This document shows positions 9,848 through 19,347 of a stretch of DNA of 58,697 nt, in pieces. The DNA lies in assembly GCA_050725815.1 (NCBI GenBank), contig JBOHIG010000073.1:1-58697 (forward strand), given 5' to 3'. Numbering within the stretch: position 1 is the first letter of the stretch; each line of letters starts with the position of its first letter. This DNA is from Xanthobacteraceae bacterium (GTDB lineage Bacteria; Pseudomonadota; Alphaproteobacteria; Rhizobiales; Xanthobacteraceae). Under the pieces are notes generated by a model. The model was not told the DNA's origin and did not search any database. It saw nothing but the letters and a program-made list of their open reading frames with translations. A program made the position numbers and the translations under genes.

Positions 9848-10855
9848 CTACCGCCGCGTCATCTTTTTCATCTTGGCGAGCAGCTCCGGCGGAAAGGCCG
9901 ATGCCTTCCGCAGCACCGCTTCGATCTGCTGCCCGCTGCGCGGCGTCACTTGCAATTTGCGTTTCGCGGCCTCCTCCAGGAACGCTTTGTCCCGCATGGT
10001 TGCGTCGAAGGCGGCACGCAGCGCCGCGATACGCTCCTCGGGCACGCCGGGCGGCGCCAGCCACGGCCGGCCGGTCTCAAGCGTCGAGGCCTGGAAATCC
10101 AGGATCGCGCGCTGGTCCTCGGTCTTGGCGAACTCGAAGACGGTCGGCACGCCGAAGCGCGGCACGCGCTCGCGCTCGGTGGTGAACAGGAGCCGTACGG
10201 TGCCGTCGTCGAGCATCTTCTGGCCGGAATTGGCGAAGGCCGTGACGGTCTGGCAGATGCCGCCAACTTCGTTGCGCTGGATGGCGAGAACGATGTGGTT
10301 CGAGCCCTTATAGCCGTCGACGGTGCGGAACTTCATGCCCAGCAAATTCTTCAGCAGCATCGGCATCTCGGAGAGCGAGGTGCCGGCGCCATCGGTGCCG
10401 ACCACCAGCTCGTTCGTGAGCAGGTCCTCGGCCTTGTTCACGCCGACATCGCTGCGCGCAAAGCAGCCGCGATGGGTCAGCTCCGGGCTGCCGATCCAAT
10501 GGAATTTCATCGGATCGAACTGCACGTTGGGCTTCTTGGCGAAGGCGTAGTGCGGGATGTTGCGGCTGACAGAGCCGAGGACGGTACCGTCACGCGCAGC
10601 GCGGTTATAGAGGTGGTTGGCCGCGATCAGCGAGCCCGCGCCCGGCATGTTCTCGACGACAAAGTTGGGGTTGCCCGGCACGTGCCTGCCCAAATGGCGC
10701 ACGATGAAACGCACCCACATGTCGTAGTCGCCCGGCGAGGTGCCGACGATCACGCGGATGGTCTTGCCCTTGTAGAAGTCGGGGGCGGGCTCGGCCGCTG
10801 CGGGCGCGGCGGCCAAGCAAGCCGCCAAAGTGAGAGCAGACAGCAGGCGCGTCAT
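9848..10855 (-). CDS. Bug/TctC-family periplasmic solute-binding protein (orphan)
   Basis: Signal peptide 'MTRLLSALTLAACLAAAPAAA'; 'FYKGKTIRVIVGTSPG...VVENMPGAGS'. ATG 10855 is preceded by GGAGGAG. Confidence 0.8.
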   Translation of the reverse strand: MTRLLSALTLAACLAAAPAAAEPAPDFYKGKTIRVIVGTSPGDYDMWVRFIVRHLGRHVPGNPNFVVENMPGAGSLIAANHLYNRAARDGTVLGSVSRNIPHYAFAKKPNVQFDPMKFHWIGSPELTHRGCFARSDVGVNKAEDLLTNELVVGTDGAGTSLSEMPMLLKNLLGMKFRTVDGYKGSNHIVLAIQRNEVGGICQTVTAFANSGQKMLDDGTVRLLFTTERERVPRFGVPTVFEFAKTEDQRAILDFQASTLETGRPWLAPPGVPEERIAALRAAFDATMRDKAFLEEAAKRKLQVTPRSGQQIEAVLRKASAFPPELLAKMKKMTRR

Positions 10856-10953
10856 GGTCTCCTCCCTCAATTGGTCCTCATGTGACGACAGGACGCCTTC
10901 GGCGGCACTTCAGCATGAAGTCAGATAGCATCACGTCAAGCTCCGCCGGCGCG

Positions 10954-11655
10954 TCACACTCGCGCATACTTCCCGCGGCCGAAGAACTGGTCCTTCTGCT
11001 CGTCGGTCGCGGTCTCGCGGTTCGACTTGATCTGCCCGATCTTGGCGAGTGCGGCCTTCACCGCCGGCCGCGCGGAGATCGCATCGAACCAGCGCGAGAG
11101 GTTTGGCTTGTCGGTGAACGGTACCCCCTGGGCGTCGTGATTGCGCGTCCACGGGAAGGTCGCAATGTCGGCGATCGTGTACTCGCCGCCGCCGAGATAG
11201 CGCGACTGGGCGAGCCGCTGCTCGAGCACGCCATAGAGCCGCTTCACCTCGCTCTGGTAGCGCTTCAGCCCGTAGTCGTCGTTGCCCTTGGGCGCGAACA
11301 TCTTGAAATGGGTGAGTTGGCCGAACATCGGGCCCACGCCGGTCAACTGGATCATCAGCCACTGAATAGTCTCGTAGCGTTCCGCGGTGTCCTTCGGCAG
11401 GAAGCCGCCGCTCTTCTCGGCGAGATATAGCAGGATCGCACCCGACTCGAAGACGGCATAGGGCTTGCCGCCGGATCCGTCGTGGTCGACGATCGCCGGA
11501 ATCTTGTTGTTCGGATTGATCTTCAGGAACTCGGCGCTGTACTGCTCGCCCTTCCAGACGTCGACGAATATCTCCTTGTACGGAAGGCCCGTTTCTTCCA
11601 GCATGATGTAGATCTTCTGCACATTCGGGCTGGTCAGGGCATAGAAGTCGATCAT
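10954..11655 (-). CDS. Glutathione S-transferase family protein
   Basis: 'MIDFYALTSPNVQKIYIMLEETGLPYKEIFVDVWKGEQYSAEFLKINPNNKIPAIVD' has a GST N-terminal thioredoxin-like fold signature. Confidence 0.85.
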   Translation of the reverse strand: MIDFYALTSPNVQKIYIMLEETGLPYKEIFVDVWKGEQYSAEFLKINPNNKIPAIVDHDGSGGKPYAVFESGAILLYLAEKSGGFLPKDTAERYETIQWLMIQLTGVGPMFGQLTHFKMFAPKGNDDYGLKRYQSEVKRLYGVLEQRLAQSRYLGGGEYTIADIATFPWTRNHDAQGVPFTDKPNLSRWFDAISARPAVKAALAKIGQIKSNRETATDEQKDQFFGRGKYARV

Positions 11656-11744
11656 GGAACGCACCTCGGGCTGGTGGAAGCCTCAACGGTAGCGGCGCGC
11701 GCCGAGGCCGGCAAGCGGCGCGACGTCGCCGTACGGTTGACAAT

Positions 11745-12047
11745 GTGAGCGCGAACTACGCGAAATGCGTGGCGACAGAACGAACGGACCACAAAGATGC
11801 AACGTCCCGTGCCCCCGCTTGTAACTTTCCTTGTCCTCACGTTGCCGATAGCGTTTTCAAGCGTGTCATCAAAACACTGCATGTCAACACGGTCGAAGCG
11901 CTCAAGGAGTCGGAGTTGCACAAGCGCATGTCCGCTCAGGGCGCGGACGTGGTCGGCAACACGCCGGCGGAATTCCGCGCCCATATCGTAGCCGAAACCG
12001 AGCGGCTGGCGAAGGTGATCAAGAACGCCAACATCCACCTCGATTAG
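11745..12047 (+). pseudogene. Remnant of a Bug/TctC-family gene (C-terminal ~50 codons only)
   Basis: The tail '...ALKESELHKRMSAQGADVVGNTPAEFRAHIVAETERLAKVIKNANIHLD' matches the usual C-terminus of Bug proteins. No signal peptide or N-domain is present, and upstream space is occupied by the GST gene. Confidence 0.55.
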
Positions 12048-12155
12048 ACATTGGCCATTCGTTCTATGCGGTGTCATGGCCGCGCCGGCGGGCATCCAGT
12101 AACCACCGGGCTTTCGAGGCCATTCATGCTACAAAACAGCTATCGTGAGTACTGG

Positions 12156-12177
12156 ATCATCCGCTTTCGCGGATGAT
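12156..12177. repeat. REP-like hairpin atcatccgc-tttc-gcggatgat
   Basis: Read directly within 'gagtactggatcatccgctttcgcggatgatgacggcg'; intergenic. Confidence 0.6.
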
Positions 12178-12218
12178 GACGGCGAAGAGACGACTAGTCT
12201 AACATCCAGGAGTCACCA

Positions 12219-12959
12219 GTGGCAGAGAAGAAACTGACCGGCCGCATCGCGCGCGACAAGATCAGGATGTTGGAAGTGCCTCGCCCGCCGCAGGGCGTTG
12301 TCGAACGCTTCAAGGAACTCGGTGACTGTACCGGCATCATCTCCGACACCATGGATGAGCTCGGCATCCCCAATGGCGTCATCGGCGCCTCGGTGTTGCG
12401 GCCGACCCTTCCCGGCACGACCGTCGTGGGTCCGGCCCTGACATTGCGCAATATCCTCCAGCGCATCGACCCGCTGCAAGGCGCGCGCCAGCACGTCAAC
12501 AAGATGGCAGAGTTCGAGTGTCACAATTTGGCACAGCCGGGCGATGTGTTGGTGATCCAGGGCGTGGCCAACGTCTCCAACATGGGCGGCATCTCGGCAC
12601 AGACCGGCAAGCGCGCGGGCGAAGCCGGCGCCATCGTCGAGGGCGGCATCCGCGACATCGCCCATTCCCGTGCGGTCGGCTATCCGCTCTGGTCCAGCGA
12701 CATCACGCCTGTCACCGGCAAATGGCGGCTGGAAGCCGCTGAAGTCAACGGGGTTATCGAGATTGGCGGCGTGCAAGTCGCGCCCGGCGACCTCGTCGTC
12801 GCCGACGACACCGGCGTCGCCTTCATCCCGCGCGACGTGGTGCTCGAAGTGCTGGAGGAAGCCGAGAAGAAGGCCAAGGCCGAAGACATCCGCTGCAAGG
12901 CGATCGATGGCGGCGTGCCGGTGCCGGACATTTCGAAATCGACCTACGGCGAAACCTGA
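12219..12959 (+). CDS. RraA-family protein (putative 4-hydroxy-4-methyl-2-oxoglutarate aldolase / RNase E regulator-like)
   Basis: GTG start with AGGAG 7 nt upstream. 'GDVLVIQGVANVSNMGGISAQTGKRAGEAGAIVEGGIRD...GDLVVADDTGVAFIP'. Confidence 0.8.
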   Translation: MAEKKLTGRIARDKIRMLEVPRPPQGVVERFKELGDCTGIISDTMDELGIPNGVIGASVLRPTLPGTTVVGPALTLRNILQRIDPLQGARQHVNKMAEFECHNLAQPGDVLVIQGVANVSNMGGISAQTGKRAGEAGAIVEGGIRDIAHSRAVGYPLWSSDITPVTGKWRLEAAEVNGVIEIGGVQVAPGDLVVADDTGVAFIPRDVVLEVLEEAEKKAKAEDIRCKAIDGGVPVPDISKSTYGET

Positions 12960-13260
12960 CACCTTGCCCTGTTGGATTTGTTTCTGAGCAAACCTGCACA
13001 AGGCAATCGGCCACCCGCCGATTCACGGGTGACCGTCCGAAAAGACCGGCGCATTGCAAGCGCAACGGGTTGTCGTTCATTGCCGAAGCCGCTGCGCGAA
13101 TTTCAAACTTGACTGAATTGCCGGACGCGCAAGATAACCGCGCGTTCATTGCGCAAGTCATGTTTAACTTGCCAGTCTAAAAAAAAGTGCTAGCCTTCGA
13201 TCAAGACCCCAAGCGTTCCGGTCATTCTGGGGAGTTGTCAGTAAGGGTGACCGCGGGGCT

Positions 13261-14184
13261 TTGTTTATGAGTGAGCCGATCGTCTATCTTGGCATCGGAA
13301 TTCTGATCGCGCTCCTACTCATTGTCGGCGCCAAATTGATCGCGCATTCTCGCGTCGGGCGCTTTGCCAGAAAACGTCTCGAATCCGTCGCGCCGAAACT
13401 GATGGCGGACATCGAGGCCGATATGGCCCAGCTTCACGCTCAAATCGCCGTAGCCACGCGCCGGCTCGAGGTGAGCGTGGAGCACATGAAATCGAAGACC
13501 ACGAGCCAGCTTTCCGAGATCGGCAAGACGACCGAGGCGATCGCCCGCCTCAAGGGCGAGCTTGCCGACAAGACCGTCGCAATGCAGATGATGGAGTTGA
13601 AGGAGCGCACGCTGGCCGAGGAAATGCGCACCACCGAAGCGCAATTGGCGGTCAAGACCGGCGCGCTCGAGGAGGTCCAGCGCAAGCTTGCGGAAGAGAA
13701 GGCCGAGCTCAAGGACCTGATGGCGTTCGTCGACGCACGCGACAAGCTGGCCGAAGCCGAGAACCGCCATGCCGCCGCGACGGCGGATTTGCGAGCCGAG
13801 AACGCCAAGCTCGAAGACCAGCTTGCGCAGTCGCGCCAGCACTGCGCCGCAATGCAATCGGAGATGCAGCTGTTAAAGAAGCAGGTCGAATCAACCTGGG
13901 CGTCCGAACGCATGGCCAATGCGCTGCTGCGCGAACGCATCAACGACGTGGCGGGCGAAGTCGTGCGGGTGGCGCACGCGCTCGAAGGCCTGGGTTCGCC
14001 GATCGACACCATGCTCGCCGGGCGCGCCGCCGAACTGGATGCGGCCGCCGCCAATGGCGCAAACGGCAATCATCCATCCAAGACCCCGCCCGGAAGCGAC
14101 GATTCCAAGGGCTTGCTCGCCCACCGTATCCGCTCTTTGCAGAAGCGGGCGGCGCGGGTTTCCGCCTCCTCCGGGGGAACATAG
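13261..14184 (+). CDS. Membrane-anchored coiled-coil protein (hypothetical)
   Basis: N-terminal TM 'IVYLGIGILIALLLIVGAKLI', then about 200 aa of heptad-like Glu/Ala/Lys/Leu-rich sequence. TTG at 13261, ATG at 13267. Confidence 0.6.
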   Translation: MFMSEPIVYLGIGILIALLLIVGAKLIAHSRVGRFARKRLESVAPKLMADIEADMAQLHAQIAVATRRLEVSVEHMKSKTTSQLSEIGKTTEAIARLKGELADKTVAMQMMELKERTLAEEMRTTEAQLAVKTGALEEVQRKLAEEKAELKDLMAFVDARDKLAEAENRHAAATADLRAENAKLEDQLAQSRQHCAAMQSEMQLLKKQVESTWASERMANALLRERINDVAGEVVRVAHALEGLGSPIDTMLAGRAAELDAAAANGANGNHPSKTPPGSDDSKGLLAHRIRSLQKRAARVSASSGGT

Positions 14185-14262
14185 GCCGGGCCGCTCGGAA
14201 CGCCGCATGATCAAGGCCATGGATCAAAAAAAAGAGGAATGTGTGTTGGGTGAGGGAAGGTC

Positions 14263-15186
14263 ATGTTGGTGCAGGCGAGTAGCAGGCGGCCCGCGTCCAC
14301 GCACGTCGTTGTGCTCGGAAACGAGAAGGGAGGTGCAGGCAAGTCGACCATCGCCATGCACGTCGCGGTCGCGCTCCTGAACTTCGGGCAGCGCGTCGCC
14401 ACCATCGATCTCGACCTGCGGCAGCGAAGCTTCACCTGCTACATTGAAAACCGCCGCGCCTGGGCGAAACGCTCCGGCTGCATCCTTGCACTTCCCGATC
14501 ATCATTGTGTGCCGCGCGGCACCACGCAGAAGCTCGACGATAACGAGACCATCGAATTCGCGGGCTTCGTCGACGCCCTCACCTCGGTCGAGCAAACTCA
14601 CGATTTCATCGTTATCGACACCGCCGGCACTGATAGCCACCTGACGCGGCTGGCGCATTCCATGGCCAACACGCTGATCACGCCGCTGAACGACAGCTTC
14701 GTGGATTTCAACGTGCTCGGCACCGTCGACCCGGAGAGCTACAGCGTGACCGGCGAAAGTCATTACGCGCGGATGGTGCGGGAAAGCCGCCAGCAACGCC
14801 GCCTTGCCGACGGCGCACAGATGGATTGGCTGGTCGTGCGCAACCGCGTCTCCTCGCTGGAATCGCGCAACAAGCAGCGCATCGCCAAGGGAATCGGCGA
14901 GCTTGCGGTCCGGCTCGGCTTCCGCATCGCCGGCCCGCTCGGCGATCGCGTGATTTACCGCGAGCTGTTTCCGCGCGGCATCACGGCGCTGGACGCTCTC
15001 GACGAGAAGACGCTGGGCACGCGGCCGACCCTCTCCCACGTCACCGCCCGACGGGAATTGATGAGCCTGATCGAAATGCTCAAGCTGCCGATCGACGAGC
15101 GCGCGCGCGAACGCGCGGCGGCGCACGCCGAATGGCAGGCGGTGCGCGACAAGCCGCTCGACGTGCATGACGTGATCGAGGGATAG
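14263..15186 (+). CDS. mipZ: ParA-like division-plane positioning ATPase MipZ
   Basis: 'VVVLGNEKGGAGKSTIAMHVAVALLNFGQRVATIDLDLRQRSFTCYIENRRAW' closely resembles the MipZ deviant Walker A region. SD GAGGGAAGG lies upstream. Confidence 0.85.
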   Translation: MLVQASSRRPASTHVVVLGNEKGGAGKSTIAMHVAVALLNFGQRVATIDLDLRQRSFTCYIENRRAWAKRSGCILALPDHHCVPRGTTQKLDDNETIEFAGFVDALTSVEQTHDFIVIDTAGTDSHLTRLAHSMANTLITPLNDSFVDFNVLGTVDPESYSVTGESHYARMVRESRQQRRLADGAQMDWLVVRNRVSSLESRNKQRIAKGIGELAVRLGFRIAGPLGDRVIYRELFPRGITALDALDEKTLGTRPTLSHVTARRELMSLIEMLKLPIDERARERAAAHAEWQAVRDKPLDVHDVIEG

Positions 15187-15228
15187 CAGGTTGCGGGGCC
15201 GCCGCTACACGGTGGGAGTTGAGGCCAC

Positions 15229-15846
15229 CTAAGTCCCGCTCTTTGCCGGCGGCGGCACCGGAGCGATCTTCGCCGCCGTGTGCATGTGGCCGTCCCACCG
15301 CTTCTCGAACGGCGCCGGAATGCCGAATTGATCGAGCACACGGCCGACCGTATGGTTGACCAGGTCGTCGATCGACTGCGGATGGTTGTAGAAGGCCGGC
15401 ATCGGCGGCAGCATGGTCACGCCCATGCGCGCGAGCTTGAGCATGTTTTCGAGATGCACCTCGGAGAGCGGCGTCTCGCGCACGACCAGGACGAGCTTGC
15501 GGCGCTCCTTGAGCACCACGTCGGCGGCGCGATGCACCAGATGGTCACCGACGCCCTGTGCGATACCGCCGAGCGTGCGCACCGAGCATGGGATCACCAC
15601 CATACCCTCGGTGAGGAAGGAGCCCGAGGACAGCGTCGCGCCCATGTCGCCCGATGAGTGCACGACGCTGGCCAGCGCCCTCACCTGCTCGAGCGAATAA
15701 TTGGTCTCGTGCTCGATGGTGCGTTGCGCCCATTTGCTGATCACGAGGTGCGACTCCACATCGCCGGCGCGCTTGAGCGCCTCCAGGAAGCGGACGCCGA
15801 AGATGGCGCCGGTCGATCCGGTCATGCCGATGATGAGGCGTCGCAT
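15229..15846 (-). CDS. ubiX: Flavin prenyltransferase UbiX (prFMN synthase)
   Basis: 'MRRLIIGMTGSTGAIFGVRFLEALK...VISKWA...IPCSVRTLGGIAQG'. ATG at 15846; track ORF starts at TTG 15852. Confidence 0.9.
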   Translation of the reverse strand: MRRLIIGMTGSTGAIFGVRFLEALKRAGDVESHLVISKWAQRTIEHETNYSLEQVRALASVVHSSGDMGATLSSGSFLTEGMVVIPCSVRTLGGIAQGVGDHLVHRAADVVLKERRKLVLVVRETPLSEVHLENMLKLARMGVTMLPPMPAFYNHPQSIDDLVNHTVGRVLDQFGIPAPFEKRWDGHMHTAAKIAPVPPPAKSGT

Positions 15847-15954
15847 TCTCAATCTCTCTTACTGTCGCCGCCGAGGGCCGCCTGTCCAACACCAGCCAGC
15901 TTTATCACACTACCAATCGTCACGGGAATCTAGCACGGCATCCGTTAACGCATT

Positions 15955-17472
15955 TCAATTCTCGAACAGGTGCCCGAATTTGCGGATCGCCAGCGCCTTG
16001 TCCTCCAGGGACGGCGCGTTGACCTCGGGGAACTTGTCGCGCCAGTGAAATGGCCGGCACGCATCGATCACGGCGCGGCTGTTGGTGTAGTCGCCGACCG
16101 CGCGGCGCTCGGGTTCGATGCGCGGGTCGAGAGGCGTCGACCAAGCGCCGCGGATGATCTCGATCGAGGTGGCAGGGTCCGAGCGCGTGAGCAGCGCCCA
16201 TAGCACCTCATTGATGTTGGACACGTCGATGTCGTCGTCGACCACGATGGTGTAGCGGCCGCAATAGGCGCCGACATGGCACATCGAGGCGATGTGGCCG
16301 GCCTGCTTGGCATGGCCGGGATAACGCTGGTTGACCGCGACCGCGAGCAGCAACCGCGCATTGCCGACTTCGTGCGCCCAGGCCGCGGTCACCGCCGGCA
16401 CGCCGGCCTTGGTGACGTTCTCGCGCAAGAGCGCCGAGCGCACGATGGCGCGATAGCGGCAGATTTCGTCCGGCGGCCGCTCGGGCACGCAGCCGAGCAG
16501 GATCGGCTCGTTGCGGTGATAGATCGCCTTGATGTCGAGCACCGGCTCTTCCGCCGCGCCGGTGGCGTAGTAGCCGGTCCACTCACCGAACGGGCCCTCG
16601 GTGCGAGTCTTGTCCGGCTCGATGAAGCCTTCGATCACGATCTCGGCGTTAGCAGGAATCGGCAGCCCGGTGACCGGGCCCTTGATCACCTCGACCGCCG
16701 AACCGCGCATGCCGCCGATGACCTCATACTCGCTCACGCCGTAGGGCACCTCGCTGCATCCCATCAGGAAGCTCATGGGATCGCCGCCCAGCACCACTGC
16801 AATCGGCATCGGCTGCTTGCGCGCCTTGTACTTGTCGCGCATCTGCCGGCCCTGCTTGCCCGGCGAGATGTAGAGGCCGCAGGACGTCGCGTCGTGGATC
16901 ATCACCCGGTAGGTGCCGCAATTGATCCAGCCTTCGTCGGGATCGCGGATGATGGTGTAGCAGCCGGTGCCGATGTAGCGACCGCCGTCCTTCGCGTGCC
17001 ATTGCGGCGCCGGGAATTTGGTAATGTCGATCGCATTGCCGGTGATGACGTTCTGCATCACCGGGCCGCTGTCGACGAATTTCGGCGCGATGCGCTTCAG
17101 GTCGGCGACGTAATGAACACGGAAGCCCTCGCTCAATTCGACCTTCGACATGTCGGTCGGGAAGCCGAGGGTCATGTTCTTGCGGCGGCCGTCGAAGAAG
17201 TTGAGCAGCACGCGGCTGCCGGGAAGCGTGCCGGGCACGTCCTCAAATACGAAGCACGGCGCATTGTCGGTGTGGTAGGCCATCTCGGACACCATGCCGA
17301 TGTCCTTCTGCCAGTTGAGACCCTGGACGTGCCTCACCTCGCCGAGCTTCTCGGCCTCCTCGAGCCACTTGCGCAGATCGTGATAGGCGAGATGCGGCGC
17401 AGTGTTGGAACCGATGCCGGCGGGCGCGCCCGCGCCGTTGGCGCTACCGCCGCTTCCAAGCTGTGTCGCCAT
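15955..17472 (-). CDS. UbiD-family prFMN-dependent (de)carboxylase, paralogue A
   Basis: 'EGPFGEWTGYY' acid-motif region and UbiD-like N-terminus 'YHDLRKWLEEAEKLGEVRHV'. Start uncertain (ATG 17472 or 17538; track ORF runs to 17628). Confidence 0.85.
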   Translation of the reverse strand: MATQLGSGGSANGAGAPAGIGSNTAPHLAYHDLRKWLEEAEKLGEVRHVQGLNWQKDIGMVSEMAYHTDNAPCFVFEDVPGTLPGSRVLLNFFDGRRKNMTLGFPTDMSKVELSEGFRVHYVADLKRIAPKFVDSGPVMQNVITGNAIDITKFPAPQWHAKDGGRYIGTGCYTIIRDPDEGWINCGTYRVMIHDATSCGLYISPGKQGRQMRDKYKARKQPMPIAVVLGGDPMSFLMGCSEVPYGVSEYEVIGGMRGSAVEVIKGPVTGLPIPANAEIVIEGFIEPDKTRTEGPFGEWTGYYATGAAEEPVLDIKAIYHRNEPILLGCVPERPPDEICRYRAIVRSALLRENVTKAGVPAVTAAWAHEVGNARLLLAVAVNQRYPGHAKQAGHIASMCHVGAYCGRYTIVVDDDIDVSNINEVLWALLTRSDPATSIEIIRGAWSTPLDPRIEPERRAVGDYTNSRAVIDACRPFHWRDKFPEVNAPSLEDKALAIRKFGHLFEN

Positions 17473-17707
17473 GCCATCCGGCCGACCGTCGTCCTGCTTC
17501 GCCACGCGGCCCTCCAAGACCTTGAGATGACGAGTCATTCGAGAGGCCCGGAGGCCTCGCGGACCCGCATTATACACGGGCGCTGCGCCGGGGAAGTGAA
17601 ACTTCGCCGCGGAGCAGCTTGCCATCAACGAGGCGCGCGCGTCATGTCGGTTGGCAGCGCCCGTGGAATGCTTATAATGCTAAGTAATTCCCTTCGGCAG
17701 CCCCTCC

Positions 17708-19255
17708 ATGCAAAACGACGCAGGCCCGAGACTGTTGCGCGACTGGATCGAACGCGCCGCTGCGCGCGATCCGGCAAAGCCCTGGATCGTCTGCGCCGAC
17801 GGCGGCCGCACCGTCAGCTACGGACAGTTGAAAGACCTCACCGGCCGCATCGCTACCGTCCTGCGCCGTCGCGGCCTCGACCGCAACGCCCGAGTGGCGC
17901 TGCTCGCCAACAACTCGATCGAGCACCTCCTCTGCTATTTCGGTGTCATGGCGTATGGCGCGACTATCTGCACCGTCCATGTGGAGATGAACCGCAACCA
18001 GCTCGACAACATCTTCGCCCGGCTCAAGCCTACACTGGTGCTGCATCAGGACGGGTTGCAGCTCGACGACCTCCTTGCGACTGTGTCCGCGCCGAAGTTG
18101 CAGCTCGGGCACTGGGACGAGCCCGCTGACGAAACGTTCTTCGTCGAGGTCGGGCGTGCGGAGCCAAGCGGCGCGCAGACCGACGCCGGCGGAGATGACG
18201 ACGCGGTGATCCTGTTCACTTCGGGCACCAGCGCGCGGCCCAAGGGCGTGGTGCTGAATTATCGCGAGCACCTCTCCAACATCGATCCCACCGCCGAGGG
18301 CTTCTGCATCACGGCGAACGACCGGCTTTACGACTTCCGCTCGTTCAACTGGGCGTCGGCACAGCTTCTCGGCGCGCTGGTGCCGATCAACCGCGGCGCG
18401 ACGCTGGTCATGGCCGAGAAATTTTCCGCCAGCCGCTTCTTTCAGCACGTGCGCGAGCGCCGCGTCACGGTCGCCGCCGGCAATCCGACCACCGTCAATA
18501 TCCTGCTCAACGGCGAGCAGGACGCGCACCACGACACGCTCCCGTCGCTGCGCTTCCTCACCTCCAGCTCGGCGCCCCTCACGGTCGAGGAGTGGCGACG
18601 CTTCGAAAGCAAGTTCGGAATTCCGATCGCGCAAGGCTACGGTTCGAGCGAAACCGGCTGGATCGCTGCCGTCTCCGGCGAGACGCGACGACTCGGCACC
18701 GTCGGGCAGCCACTGCCCTATCACGCGCTGGCGATCGTCGATGCCGACGGCCAACGGCTCCCGGCGGGCGAAAACGGCCAGGTCGAGATCGGCGGCTTTC
18801 CCGACCATTGCTACCGCTACCTCGCCGACGACGGCAGCGTCACGATCGCCTGTCGCGACCGCATCCGCACTGGCGATCTTGGCTCGCTGGATGACGCCGG
18901 ATTCCTGAGCCTCGCCGGACGCGAAAAGGAGCTGATCATCCGCGGCGGGGTCAATATCTCGCCGGTCGAGATCGACAGCTTCCTGATGCGTCGCCCAGAG
19001 CTGATCGAAGTGGCGACCGTTGGCGTGCCCGATGCGGTCTATGGCGAGGAGGTCGTGAGCTATGTGGTGGCGCGGCCGGGCGCGACGGTCGATGAGACGA
19101 CGCTGTTGCGCTATTGCAGCGACGGCCTTCCCACCTTCAAGGCGCCGAAGCGGATCGTGATGAGCGCCTCATTGCCTAAAACCGAGCGCGGCAAGCTCGA
19201 CCGCCGCGCGTTGGCAGAGCGGTGGAGCCGGGAACAAACTCCTGATCGAATGTAG
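17708..19255 (+). CDS. ANL-superfamily acyl-CoA ligase / AMP-dependent synthetase
   Basis: 'FTSGTSARPKGV', 'GYGSSETG', 'RTGDLG', 'PKTERGKLDRR' adenylation-core motifs. Confidence 0.9.
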   Translation: MQNDAGPRLLRDWIERAAARDPAKPWIVCADGGRTVSYGQLKDLTGRIATVLRRRGLDRNARVALLANNSIEHLLCYFGVMAYGATICTVHVEMNRNQLDNIFARLKPTLVLHQDGLQLDDLLATVSAPKLQLGHWDEPADETFFVEVGRAEPSGAQTDAGGDDDAVILFTSGTSARPKGVVLNYREHLSNIDPTAEGFCITANDRLYDFRSFNWASAQLLGALVPINRGATLVMAEKFSASRFFQHVRERRVTVAAGNPTTVNILLNGEQDAHHDTLPSLRFLTSSSAPLTVEEWRRFESKFGIPIAQGYGSSETGWIAAVSGETRRLGTVGQPLPYHALAIVDADGQRLPAGENGQVEIGGFPDHCYRYLADDGSVTIACRDRIRTGDLGSLDDAGFLSLAGREKELIIRGGVNISPVEIDSFLMRRPELIEVATVGVPDAVYGEEVVSYVVARPGATVDETTLLRYCSDGLPTFKAPKRIVMSASLPKTERGKLDRRALAERWSREQTPDRM

Positions 19256-19270
19256 ACGGCGCGCGCGACG

Positions 19271-19305
19271 CTTGCTCCGTTACCCTCTCCCCCCGCGGGA
19301 GAGGG
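19271..19305. repeat. REP-like unit with hairpin ccctctccc/gggagaggg
   Basis: The 22-mer 'cttgctccgttaccctctcccc' is identical to 54146-54167. Confidence 0.8.
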
Positions 19306-19347
19306 AAGTGCACAAGTGGCTTCGCAGCAAATCAACGCAGCGCTGTA

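Noticed and set aside
12960-13260. 300-nt intergenic region checked for a small RNA or CtrA box (TTAA-N7-TTAA) upstream of the coiled-coil/mipZ genes
   Set aside because: Only a partial 'ttaacttgccagtctaa' is present, which does not fit the CtrA consensus. No terminator-bounded structure suggests an sRNA.
16276-18129. 617-aa plus-strand ORF, and 17672..18808 (-) and 19372..20898 (+), across the UbiD/ligase genes
   Set aside because: These are shadow ORFs antisense to genes with strong family motifs; the compositions are Arg/Ala/Gly-dominated.
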